A stretch of DNA of 62,899 nucleotides, the filler included, from Choristocarpus tenellus KU-1152 (taxonomy: Eukaryota > Protista > Phaeophyceae), in assembly GCA_964200185.2 (NCBI GenBank). It is 9 parts of 9 records of this genome, joined end to end, with 100 filler letters (N's around TTAATTAATTAA, not from the genome) between each part and the next. Parts side by side here need not be neighbours in the genome. Positions count along the whole stretch, not along the records: positions 36,905 to 40,949 come from CAXNAD020016503.1; positions 41,050 to 45,385 come from CAXNAD020015052.1; positions 45,486 to 51,512 come from CAXNAD020009137.1; 6 more parts are not named here. One strand, written 5' to 3'. The notes under the pieces are model-generated. The model worked only from the letters and a program-made list of their open reading frames with translations. It searched no databases and was not told the origin of the DNA. How positions within the stretch are numbered: position 1 is the first letter of the stretch; each line of letters opens with the position of its first letter. Positions 37,433-48,588 of this stretch are shown in pieces. The position numbers and the translations under genes were made by a program.

Positions 37433-39166
37433 CTCCCTCTGTTTGGCTTGATTAAACACCTATGAGTTTGGAACGGTGGTATGCCATACCCTGGAACAAT
37501 GAAGTTCTGGGAAGATAGGATATGTTTGTATACATGGTCATTAAGCTCTGTTTAAAGTTTGGTGGAAAAAATCGGTACATCTTCCCCTCAGCCTGCAGGA
37601 ACACCATCCCCTTAGCCACCTAAGACGCATCTACATGCACTACTATCTGCCTATCCTCCTGTGTCTTGCGCACTCCCTTTATGTTGTTATCGCCTAAGTG
37701 ATTCAGCACAGCCTTGTACTGTGCGAAGAGACTCTTGCAGACCTTGTTATGGGTCTCAGTATCATACTCTTCGTATCTCTTCACCACATTTTGGACAAGT
37801 TCCTCGATGTTGTCCGACTGAAGGCACCCTGACCTGGTCTGCAGAGAACGGAAAAATCCGAGGTCCAGAGTGTTCAAATCCGGTGACTGGGCAGGTTGCT
37901 TGAGCACACATATTGAGAAGCCTCTAGCAGTGGCCCAATCACCCATTGCTTTCTCGGTAGATGCTGTATGTGACCCTCCATTGTCATCCTGAAGGAAAAC
38001 AATGTCCTGCTTTAACAGGAATGGGTGAGACACTAGAGCTGGCAAGACCTTTTCGGTGAGCATTTTCTCATAATGCTCACCAGTCATGTTGACAGTCTTT
38101 GTCTTGATGGTACCTAAGGCGCCATTACAGGATGATCGTCTTCCTGCAACTTGCTCTGTCAGTTGCCAAATGCTGATCTTCCCGTTCCACCAAGTTCCAT
38201 CCTCCAAAACACGGGGGCGTGTGTTCGCAGTTAGAAACATTACTTCTGGAATGTGTGGCTTGCTTGTGACGCAAGGACACTTAAGTGGTGCCTTTCCAGG
38301 CTTGATGTAAACCCTCTGTCGTTCAAAAACCGGGCCAAACCCTTTTTTATTGAGGTGGACACGGTCAAACATGGGCTAAAACTCATGCCCCATACCCTTT
38401 TTCAGGATGCTGCTCATGACAAAGGCCACCCTATCCACCTTTTGTTGGTCGGAGAGGAAGGGCTTGATGACTCTTCGATATGGTTTGACCCCCGTCTCCT
38501 CGTTATACCTCATCTTCCCTAGGATGACTTTGACCTTCGCAGCCCATCTCCTCTGACTAGTCTGTTCCAACACATGGACTGCTTTAATCGCATCAAAATC
38601 CTCTTGCGGAATGGCACTTGGTCGTTCATTTCGACCAGAGGCTAAACCCATGCCCTCCCCATTGTCGCAGCTCCGTGATGCCACCCTCACCAACCGAGCC
38701 AACGTTGTTATGGCCATTCTGTACTTCTGTGCAATTTATGATCGGGCACCTCGTTGGACCCTCCCACAAGTCTTGTGCAACCGAAAGCACTCTCCGACGG
38801 CAGCTTGCCGCTTGTACATGGGGATGTCTTTTGACTTTCCCATCGTGCATATTATGGTGTTGATTGGTTCAGCTAATCTTGAGAATTTGAAATTCTGGTG
38901 TGTTGCTATCACCCCTCTCAATAGGAAGGCAACCAAACGTAACTGCACGATTTCATTGTTTTAGGTCCAATTTTCACACCCTGCAACAAGGTGTTCTACC
39001 TCCACTGGCACTGTCCTCGAGAACGGCAAGCCCCCAGACGTTGCTTAGGGGCTTGTTTGAAAGCTCATGATTTGTCCATTAACATGATTTATCACTGAAC
39101 AATAATTTAGGACACCCAAGCCGGGGTCCACACGCCCAAAAATATAGGTGTTTCAGTCAGAGGGAG
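37433..39166 (-). mobile_element. Full-length DD39D (plant-type, Stowaway-related) mariner transposon with TA TSD
   Basis: TA|CTCCCTCTG...AAACACCTAT at the left end and ATAGGTGTTT...CAGAGGGAG|TA at the right end enclose a transposase frame. Confidence 0.92.
37620..38843 (-). pseudogene. DD39D mariner transposase pseudogene (about 407 codons, two in-frame stops)
   Basis: Single frame from MGKSKDIP at 38843, with stops at 38736-38738 and 38376-38378. The first catalytic motif is decayed (VHLNKKGF versus VHLDEKWF). QDDNGGSH...SPDLNTLDLGFF has 39 residues between the second and third Asp. Confidence 0.9.
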
Positions 39167-39879
39167 TACATGTTAGATCGCTGTATCTACTCTGGTGCAC
39201 AGTGATTTTGTATGTAAGAGTTTAGAAGGTTGCGGGTGAATTAAATGGAGTGCACAAGAGATGAGCTTATCAGCTGTCCCTAGTAAGGTATAGAGTTTTT
39301 GTGATGTTGGGAGTAGAACTAGGAACTGCTCTGCCCTACAATGTGACTCTATCTCCCCGCTCTTGACTCCCCTCCTCCCATCCCTGCCCCTGCAAATCCA
39401 CCTACGGTCTTCATACCTTGTCTCTCCCCCACTTTCATGTGGTATGTTAGGGTACGAAGGGTGAACTGGTAGAGGCTTTCGGGAAGTTGCTGCAAGGTAT
39501 GTGGGATGGCAAACAGTTGACAATCTACCCTCGGGAATTCAGGGATGTCCTGTGCAAGCATGCATGCCAGTTTGCAGGATACGGCCAGCATGATAGGTGA
39601 GGATTGTATCTTATTTCATTTAATTGGTGCAATTGCTCAGAGCGACTTGTGCTGTAGTACTCTAGACCATCCACTTGCAAGAGAAGCTCCTCTGAAGCAG
39701 TTGTATGTATCATTAGTTGCTGTAAACACTCTTCAATGGAAATTTCAGGCGTACACACATTGCAACACAGACTCCAAACTGGTTTGTGATTGAAATATGT
39801 TTTTTACTAGCTATAAATGCCGAAATCAAGCAAGAAATACACCTGGTACCCGGATTTGGGCGGATGTTGAGTGTACCTG

Positions 39880-40520
39880 AAAATACTATCTACTATTTCC
39901 GTAGCTTTGCATGTTGCTACAGACTGCTGTTGATGCATCTTCGTTCAACGGTCTTGACCACAAGTTCCACAGATTTGGATTGTTCTTGGCATTTCTTCTA
40001 ATCCATGGGTCTGCCACTTAGAACGGTTTGTAGTGCTCCAAAAGAGTACAGATCTGATGGATGCAGCACTGTGCTGAATACTCAATAAATATGAAGTGTT
40101 TGTATTCTATAGTGCAAGGGTAATATTTAGATACAGGAACCAATGATGTGTAATACTGCTCGAAAATTTTATCTGGCAGTACCTTGGCCTGTGCAAAATG
40201 CTGGATTGTTCCAAACATAGTACCATGTGGATGTATACTCATGCTGTAGAAGCACATGGTAAATGTGCCCATATATATTTTGTATATTTCCATTTCGTGT
40301 TGAATGGTATGACCTAGACCCCAACCCTAGGTCTACCTGGAGGCCTATGAGTCCTTTTTTCATTTAGTGGAAAGTAGTAGGGAAGGGGCCTGGCTGTGCA
40401 TCAGCAAAGTCTTAACACTGTATACTTTTGACCGACCTTCCTCAACCCTACACATAGTCATTCCTGTTCTTGAAGGGTCAAATTTGGGTATATATGGATA
40501 CCAAGATAGTTACACCCCAC
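39880..40520 (-). pseudogene. Possible KDZ (Kyakuja-Dileera-Zisupton)-like transposase remnant
   Basis: Ordered but decayed peptides YPNL..NRNDY, GTFTMCF..HPHGTMFG, CCIHQICTLLEHYKPF and CINSSL*QHAKLRK resemble the GIFT.FC.HG / NAC.LH.YC / INSQ..EQ motifs. Confidence 0.35.
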
Positions 40521-41115
40521 TTCATTTATCACATATGTGTCTTGCAAACCCTAGGTGAAAATGTTGTGCAACAACAGGACCTGTTGGGGAATTGTAGAGA
40601 GAGTTGGTGCTATCACCAACTGGGAGCAACCCTCGAGATGAGCCAAGTATTTTTCAACCACTGCTGTGGTGTACGTTCCTTGGTCTCAATGCTATGTATT
40701 CAAAGTAATAGTCTGAAGAAATGTCGACAAAGCTGAAGTACAGCGCGACAGTATCTTGAAACAGAGGGTCTTTATGGAGTACTTAATCAATGTCAGATTA
40801 CTCATTGCTGGTATTAGTTGAATGAGAGGCTTATTGGGTCAAAAATAGTGTGCAATTCTTGACCCATGTCGATCTTTCACCAAGGCATATCAAGCCCTCA
40901 GTACAATTAAAAATATTATGTCTTGCCGAGTATATTCTATAATTCCCCCNNNNNNNNNNNNNNNNNNNNNNNNNNNNNNNNNNNNNNNNNNNNTTAATTA
41001 ATTAANNNNNNNNNNNNNNNNNNNNNNNNNNNNNNNNNNNNNNNNNNNNGTATAACCTATGTTGTATACTTGTGTCAGCACAAACAACGTAAGGATAACA
41101 CTAGGTTATTCGACA

Positions 41116-42799
41116 GGGGGGGTGGTGGCTGTCCATTTGGGGTCAATTTTTGCATGTCGCGATTTTCGGGTGATTTGGTTGTATATGTTGAATGGATAAG
41201 CGCACTTTTCTTGGTTTTGTACCAAATGGACACCCTGGTGTTGACCGCTCCCGCCCCCCAGATGCTCTGGGTCCCAACCCTAAGTCCAGGAACAAAAGTG
41301 AATGTGCGGCATCTTGCAATACCTTTCACACCATACCACCAGTATGCAAATAGTCTCAATCTCACCTCCTCTTCTTCCCTGGGATCCTCATCGATGGCTA
41401 CCTCCACCTGCTTCGCAACCTCTTCGAAGTAAAGGGTTTGATGGTAGCGAAACATCTCCACGGCTGCAAGTGTTAAGATTGCTTTCTCCTCCGGCTTGCG
41501 ATCCCTTTCGACCCTCTTTCAGGCTTCAGCGCCCATGTAGCCCAACCCTAACGACTTCTTTCTTGTTTCCTTAAGCCACTCCGGCTCCCATAGCTTCCAA
41601 ACAGCCAGGGCCTGCTGCAACTGTCGACTACTAAGATATTCTACACCCAGGTTTTCGCTTAGGCGGTTCCTGAGCACAATGGCACGCAGTCGCACTGCTC
41701 TCCTCCCCAACCTTCCCTTTGGCCGGCCACCCTGGTTCTCCCTTCGCCCGCTGTGACCAGGCTTCCTCACAGACTTCGTCACTGTATCACCTGGTGATGC
41801 ACTCACCGCTCTCTTCCTGCTTTCCCGAGTCGGCAGAGACTGCGGAGCAGTGCTCTGTATCAGTTGAAGATCCAACCATGTTTGTGCGGTATGCTTTCAA
41901 TGCATCATCTCTCAGTGTCAAGGTCGCGGCCGCATGGTCCATTTCGCGATTTGATCATGCTGCTGCGCCACAGTACACGCACTTTCTCGTCACCTAACAT
42001 CGCACTGAGCGTCACACGGTACTTGTTTTTCTGTCACCTCTCGACAGAGAAGGTACTGAGGGTGGATCCAGGGGGCAGAGTGACCTTGGCGGCTCTCCTT
42101 TTCTCACCGTTGTGGTCCATATTGCTGTGTGGGTCACCTGTGTGTGTGCTCACAGGAAGTCTGCTAAAGGCGTTAAATAGATGTCCAAGAATCTTGTTTT
42201 ATTTTTGGTATTGCCACACGCACCGTATTTTGGTAGGGACCTATCCCGGGTCAGGTTTTTGCGGGGAATTCAGCCAACCACTTCATTTTTGTACCTTCTG
42301 AGGTTGTTACCATAAAAATTGCGCTGGAGTCATTCTCCCGCGTTTTCGCCATTCTTTGATTGGGATATAGTTCTCGTTCACTGGAGTTAGTACATTCCTA
42401 CATACAATGTTCAACCCCTCTTGGCATAAGCGTTGATTTGATATTTATATTGTTGCATACCTCTCGTGGCAAGGTAGTGAAAAAAAAACAAGATTGCGAG
42501 TTAAAGTACCTTAGAGGATAGAGGCGCATTTGTTTGGGGGCCAAAACCCAATGTTTGTTGCGAATTTGATGTAATTTTGGCTATCGTGTTTGTTACGAAG
42601 TGTCGATATCCTTGTTCCGGACACACCTTTTCATAACGTACACATCTTACCCACTACAAAATTGTTTCGGAGTAGGTAAAATGTCATAAGAAACCAGTAG
42701 TAGGAAGCATAACCCCAAACGGACAAACAGGGCAAAACTCGTACCCTCTAAGATACTTTCACTCTTGCCACAGACAGCGAAGCTATTGGTACCACTTTA
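41116..42799 (-). mobile_element. Internally deleted copy of the large family B-ended element, interrupted by a family A MITE
   Basis: 41116-41200 matches the family B subterminal region of 36905-37040. 41515-42799 matches 35042-36065 (for example RKRAVS, GRRENQ, LGRRAV). Confidence 0.75.
42498..42764. mobile_element. MITE family A with 4-bp TSD TTGC
   Basis: TTGC|GAGTTAAAGTACCTTAGAGGATAG ... TACCCTCTAAGATACTTTCACTC|TTGC. Paralogs near 5445 and 35075 show the empty site aagattg(c/t)cacaga. Confidence 0.92.
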
Positions 42800-42819
42800 G
42801 GTAGGAAGTAACAGCCCGA

Positions 42820-43290
42820 CTATATTGCTGTATTCCAGTGACTTGCAGTAGTGATGTACTAGGGAGGTTTCGTGGACTGTAGGAGACGCAGCATGGTATT
42901 GCTAATGACCAGCAGGAGAAAGTACCCGAGAATGTTTCCACCCGAGACTGCAATAAGACAGTAGATATGACTAGCATCTGTATTCCAGGGACTTGTAGTA
43001 GTGATGTACCAGGGAGATTTTGTGGATTGTGGGAGACGCAACATGGTATTGCTAAGGGCGTGCAGGAGGAAGTACTCGATAATTTTTTCACATGAGGCTG
43101 CAATAGGACGGATGAGTGGCTGATTTTAATGACCGAAGACCAATATTGACGGTAACTACTGTCTTCCAATGATTTGCATGTAGTGATGTACTAGGGAAGA
43201 TTTTGTTGCTTGTAGGAGATGCAACATGGTATTGTCAAGGACCTACAGGAGAATAGACCCAAGAATATTTCCACAAAGACTGCAATAGAA
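42820..43290. repeat. Tandem repeat, 3 diverged copies of 150-180 bp
   Basis: gtagtgatgtac(t/c)aggga...ggaga(c/t)gca(g/a)catggtattg...caggag...gactgcaata recurs near 42848, 42997 and 43180. Confidence 0.85.
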
Positions 43291-43912
43291 TGGTAGTAGA
43301 TAGATGATTGATTTCTAGAACCTACACAGACCAGACATCAGCATGGATGTTAGGATGTATTGTAGTGTTGTTTTTGAGAGAGCTAGCAGAAGTTTGTTTT
43401 TCTCTAGTTTTGGAGAAGTAGATTTTGAGGGTGTATAGTGTCTGAGCAGCAAGGGAGATTGTTCATGGATAGTGCTACCGATGCACTATAGACACCATCA
43501 GTGGAGTAGATAATAGGATGGAGAGGGTAGTGATATATATACCGTATCTACTGAGTCACTACTGTCCATTGATTTGTGTCATCTTCTAGATACGCTTACT
43601 ATACTGAAGACAAGTAAATAAGTGATTCATAGTAAATTTGCGTGGACGAATTGCAAACCCCGCACTATAGGAATAATAGCGGGTGCCACCAATTGTGAGC
43701 CCCACAAGTTCAGTCAGTGGAATTGAGACCACAAGCCCCTTGTAACATTAACATTATATATTCACACCAAGCTACTTATTGTTCTCTATCAAGGAACATG
43801 ATTGATCATCTTAACCGTGGGTCCAGTGTGGAATGTTTCAACAAGAACCATGTAGTAGTATCACGAATTTTGGGGTTAAAATGGTATAGCTATGAGTGCT
43901 ATGAGTGCAATT

Positions 43913-44171
43913 GAGTCAAAGTATCTTAGAGGGTAGAGCTGCGTCCATTTGGGGGCCAAAATCAAATGTTGCGATTTTGATGTAATATTGGCTGTCATGT
44001 TTGTTAGGAAGAGTCAATATCCCTGTTCTGGACACAACTTTCCATAACGTATACTTTTTACCTACTCCGAAACATTTCAGAGTAGGTAAAATGTCATTAA
44101 GAACCCATGGGAAGCCAATCCCCAAATGGACAAAGAGGGAAAAACTTGTACCCTGTAAGATACTTTCACTC
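43913..44171. mobile_element. MITE family A (inverted relative to 1156-1414)
   Basis: GAGTCAAAGTATCTTAGAGGGTAG ... TACCCTGTAAGATACTTTCACTC, with flanks AATT/AATA. Confidence 0.9.
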
Positions 44172-44308
44172 AATAAGCGCTTTATAAAGTGTTTGTACCT
44201 GCAATGGTTGTGGTTGTCGTGACTCCTGGTTCTAGCGGCTTTGATAGCGCTTGTACCACTAGGAATGCTATGAACACTACTTAATGCACTATTGGTTGTT
44301 TAATCATA

Positions 44309-45099
44309 CAACTTCGGCAACGTAACACTCAATGCTACAATTTTAGGACTCTTTTGCTCTACAACATGTGTTGTTGGGATAACATTCGAGGGCCAGATAC
44401 TTTGTAATATCTAAGTCTATTGTCTGTGTAACGCCACAGTCTAGTGGCTCTATAACTTCTGTGGTCTAGAAAATGCTTGATCCTATTTGCTCTATAACCC
44501 CTGTTGTCTAGCACATGCTTGATCCTATTTGCTCTGAAACTCCTAAAAGCAACGGTTTGGCTCATTTGTTCCATAATGCACATACATTGTCTGGACAACC
44601 CTTGGGGACATTTGCTCTACAATGTCCGTTGTTTGGCAAGTGCTTTTGAGTCGATTCGGTCGAAAGCATCTGTTGTCCAGAACATCATTCAGGGACGTTT
44701 GTCACGGTTGATGGGTCTAAATGGTGGTTTCATAAATTTATTTTGAGGTTAAAGTCCTAGATTTCAATTTTGTACTTGACTATTTATTTTTTAGTAATTT
44801 TAAGCCCATAATTCGGTGGACATGTTTGTTCAGTCATTTTTATATACCAATCACAGCAATAAAGTGAATACTCAAAGCGAGAGATCCAGCATGTTTGAAG
44901 ATCTTTCCATTAAGGCGTCCTCTACAAGCCTCATCTTCACCCAACAGGCTGGTAGAGTTGAGGTACATATACCATCATGGTAGGATTGTGGAGCATTTTG
45001 CAACACAATGACTCTATAACGTCCATTGTCCAGAAATTTTTTTATGAGTAACGCTAAATCGTCAAGTTATGTTTTGTGAGTGTTACGTTGTCTGAGGTG
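44309..45099. mobile_element. Possible non-autonomous TIR element (about 790 bp) containing an internal 42-bp tandem repeat
   Basis: caacgtaacactca near 44318 is inverted as tgagtgttacgttg near 45077. atgcttgatcctatttgctct occurs twice at about 44473-44535. No TSD is seen. Confidence 0.4.
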
Positions 45100-45525
45100 T
45101 CATTGGTGGATTGGTTAAGACAGCTTAGTTCCCACCTTGTGGAAAATGTAACCGTCAAAGCCACTTGTGTTACCCTATGTGTTGAAACCAGAATCGAATG
45201 CATCGTACACGTAAGCAAAATTCGTGGCTACGAGTGAAGAGGAATCATGGTGTTGCAAAGCACCGATGAGTAAGCTGCGTAGTCTGTGTTGTGAGTAGAT
45301 ATGCTTGTGCTGCAAAGCACCGATGTATTTATTCTGTTGCAATTGAAGTCATTGATCTCTCAGTCAAGAATGATGTGATGTGAATNNNNNNNNNNNNNNN
45401 NNNNNNNNNNNNNNNNNNNNNNNNNNNNNTTAATTAATTAANNNNNNNNNNNNNNNNNNNNNNNNNNNNNNNNNNNNNNNNNNNNGGGAAGGAAAATGTT
45501 TGAAAAGGGAGGGTGGGGGGGGGGG

Positions 45526-45569
<44 letters not shown>

Positions 45570-46402
45570 GGGAAAGGCAGAGCAGAGGAAGGGAGGGTAG
45601 ATGGAACAGGGTTCACTTTGGGGTGCTTAAGGAGAGGGCTTTCAATACAAAGAGGCCTATGCAATACTACAGGCACGTAGGTGAGGGTCAAGATGTTGAC
45701 TGATCAGAGACAGTTCATGCCCTATCCCTTCCCTAATCCTGGGCTTTCCTTATACCCCTCCCCCCCTGCCAGGTGTTGATAACATGCACTCCCTCTTACA
45801 TACGGGAACATGGGGGCAGGATGAGGGAGGTAGGCGTAGTACACTAACCAATCGATCTTGCATCCAATCCAATCCAATAATACATACCTCTACGAACAAG
45901 TCAAATGCTCTCCAATCCCACCCTGGAACAAATGCAGACAACCCTAACCCTAAACCCTTCGGGCAATACATGCACATGTCCACACTCCAGCACGCACACA
46001 CACACACAACACACAGTGCTCACAAACCACAAAGCCAACTAAATTGTTGAGAAACCCATGGTCTCTGCCTTCACCCCCTCCTTGCCTCCTGGCGACTACA
46101 GTACAGCTTGCCCACACTTGCTGATAATGTCGCAGAGACATTTATTCATCGCTTTGCTTGCCCTGGGAGATTTCTTATGAAACGATGTTGAAGTTGTCTC
46201 GAACTATGTGTTACTCCAATGAGGTACCACCCCAGTGTCTCATCCTGTACTGAAACGATCTCTCCTCTACGGTGTTAATTAATCCACCATAATGTTAATT
46301 AATGCACCATAATGTTAATTAATGAAATACGCAGCAAACTACAGGCAACCAGACCCATTGCTATGCAATATGCTCCCCTCCCCTACCAACCAATGCACTT
46401 AC

Positions 46403-48140
46403 TGTTGGACCTGGCGTGCATCAGCCAAGGCAGCCCCTAGAATATCGCTGAGATTGCTGGACCTTAACCCTGTGCCACTAAGAACAGGATGAACCTCCCA
46501 AGCTTTGCCAACACCCAGTTCCTATGGTGCATATGTTGGGCAGGCATGGGGGCAAGGGGCATACATTAGGGTGCAGGCTCACAAGGCTGAGTGAATCACT
46601 TCAGACACCCATGGTCTCTTTGCATGCAAGCTCGAAATCTATCACAGAATTGCGAGACTGACCAAGCAAAGGATTTGGCCGGGGTTGGGGCAGAAGAAGC
46701 TGGTGTGATAAGGGGTACGGGAGCCTCTATAGAAGGGTGAATTCTTCCACGTAGTTAATTGTCTTCTCAAGTAAGAAGTTAGCTATGATTGTCCACTGTA
46801 GTGTTGGTACTCGTTTTTAGACTCACTGCAGCATGCTCACAACATACCATTTTCAAATTTCCTTTGTCTGCTTCTGATAGTGCCACTCCTACCTGAACCA
46901 CATTTCTCAACCTACCAATGGACAGTTGCACACTTTTACAGACACGCCTGTAGTTCAAGAGTATGATCCCACTCAGTCTCTGCATACTTTTTGAGGAGGG
47001 CTAGGTACTGATGGACTTATTAAGCCTCCTTACAAGAGCCCCCACTCCACTCTAGCGCAGAAGGTAGTTTGGTGCTATCACATGTTTGACAACAATCTTC
47101 CCCACTAGGTGAAGGTACACTGCCAATGTGTGGTCATTTATGCACTTCTTAGAACTCGGAGCTAATGTAAAAGTCATCCCAACTCACCTCCAGCAACCTC
47201 GACACATCCTGGGTTGCAGTGGGGGGGGCATAGAGTAAAACCTTTCGATACTCTTGTCTTGTATCCTGCAACAATGACAATTGTGTATAGCGCACAGCAG
47301 CAGGAAGGACAGAAGTTGTCATCCAGTGGGGTGGAGATTGAACACTGGTAGTCAGCGATGAATTGGGCGTGTGGCATGTGGATGGGTAGTCGAGGGAGCA
47401 TTAAGCTCGCGAGGCGCATGGAATATGCCCAAGGCGGTCTCAAGGGGATACAAGAAGGTGGTTTGGTTGCAAATACATTTCAGCCAAGTCTTATGCTTCA
47501 TATGTTGACTCTTTGAAAAAATATTAACTGCATACGGAGATTGCGCTACGATATTCACATTTTACCAGAGGGAGAGAGCGAAAAAGGGCCTAGGAAAATA
47601 GGGCAGGAAGACACACGACAGTCCCAAAATCAGAAGAGACCCTTGTTGTCATGTGCCAAAGAGGACACAAATGTGGAGAAGAATAGGGACAGGATTGATC
47701 AGATGTCCCTGAACGGAGGTACCATTCAAATGCTGGGGAAGACAATGAAAACGATCTCCCAGTGAGGGAGCACTACAACCTCACGTGAGAAGCGTTGTAG
47801 CAGGTCGGTCAACATGGACATAGCTAATTCTGCGGCAAGGTCTACCCCAAAGGCCGGAATGAGGCGCGTCTTCGACGACCCTTGACTGGGGTATTTCGCA
47901 ACTGGATTATGGGTTCAGGTCGGGGAGATGGGGGACAGGGCGAAGGAAAGAGGCGAGGGAGGTTAAGGCATCAATATCATGTCATGTATGCTTTTGGGAA
48001 ATATCATTAAGGAGGAGGATATCTTTCTCGACATACGGCATTGCGGCACTAGGAATCTGTAACAGCAGAAGATATAACACACCTAGGATAAGCGTGGCGG
48101 CCTTTTCGTGCACATCTACGACATTCTGAGCTTCATCCAT
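46403..48140 (-). CDS. DUF2064 / TIGR04282-like GT-A glycosyltransferase (arsenosugar-biosynthesis-associated family); first 4 exons, 3' end missing
   Basis: GT-AG exons 48140-48083, 47901-47780, 47265-47188 and 46521-46403 splice without stops to MDEAQNVVDVHEKAATLILVAKYPSQGSSKTRLIPAFGVDLAAELAMSMLTDLLQRFSRE|DTRQEYRKVLLYAPPTATQDVSRLLE|ELGVGKAWEVHPVLSGTGLRSSNLSDILGAALADARQVQ. LILVAKYPxxGxSKTRL matches the family signature (LIIFAKxPxPGxVKTRL), and NLSDILGAAL matches DLGxRLxxA. Confidence 0.85.
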
Positions 48141-48588
48141 GAGGTGCCCTGGTCTGTCTGTATCAGTGGTCGTGGAGTGTGGATACGCTTCGAGCAAAAT
48201 AAGCAACCCAATCTTGAGAAGGAATCAGCAGTAACGAGAAAGCAAGATGTGATATATCAAGAGGAAGGACTCCACACACTAGAGGATTACTCCTTCGGTA
48301 CTCGTTCCTGCCTTGTGTTTCAACTACTACAACCAGTACAACAAAGATTCAAGAAATGTGGGATAACAACTCATGTGAACCTAACGAAAAAACTACTATT
48401 TTTGCATAGTACTCCTTCGAGTTTGCAATACCGGGGGAGGCTTCTATAGGAATCTTAAAGTAGAGTAGATCGCAACACCATCGCAACACTACTGTTAAAA
48501 CGACTTGCTCAGCGTAGGCATACACAATACAAGTACACAGAACGATAGATCGAAAGGTGATCCTGGATAAGTCCACCGCTTGCATAGG
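48141..48588. promoter_or_regulatory. Putative bidirectional promoter / shared 5' region
   Basis: 448 bp, with no repeat recognised, separate two divergent start codons. Confidence 0.55.

Noticed and set aside
43657-43696. Helitron 3' hairpin
   Set aside because: The stem is imperfect and is not followed by a CTRR terminus.
45510-45566. Poly-Gly / poly-Pro ORFs
   Set aside because: They derive from a poly-G run next to a contig end, likely low-complexity sequence or a sequencing artefact.
45750-46007. VCIIGLD in an ORF as the next (IGxD) exon of the glycosyltransferase
   Set aside because: The phase is incompatible with the exon 4 donor (it gives an early stop), and the motif arises from a GGATT microrepeat.
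15208-48140. Metalloid-handling gene cluster (CHR transporter plus arsenosugar-type glycosyltransferase)
   Set aside because: Five artificial linkers separate the genes, and the missing exons of each gene were not found in the neighbouring pieces, so physical linkage is unsupported.
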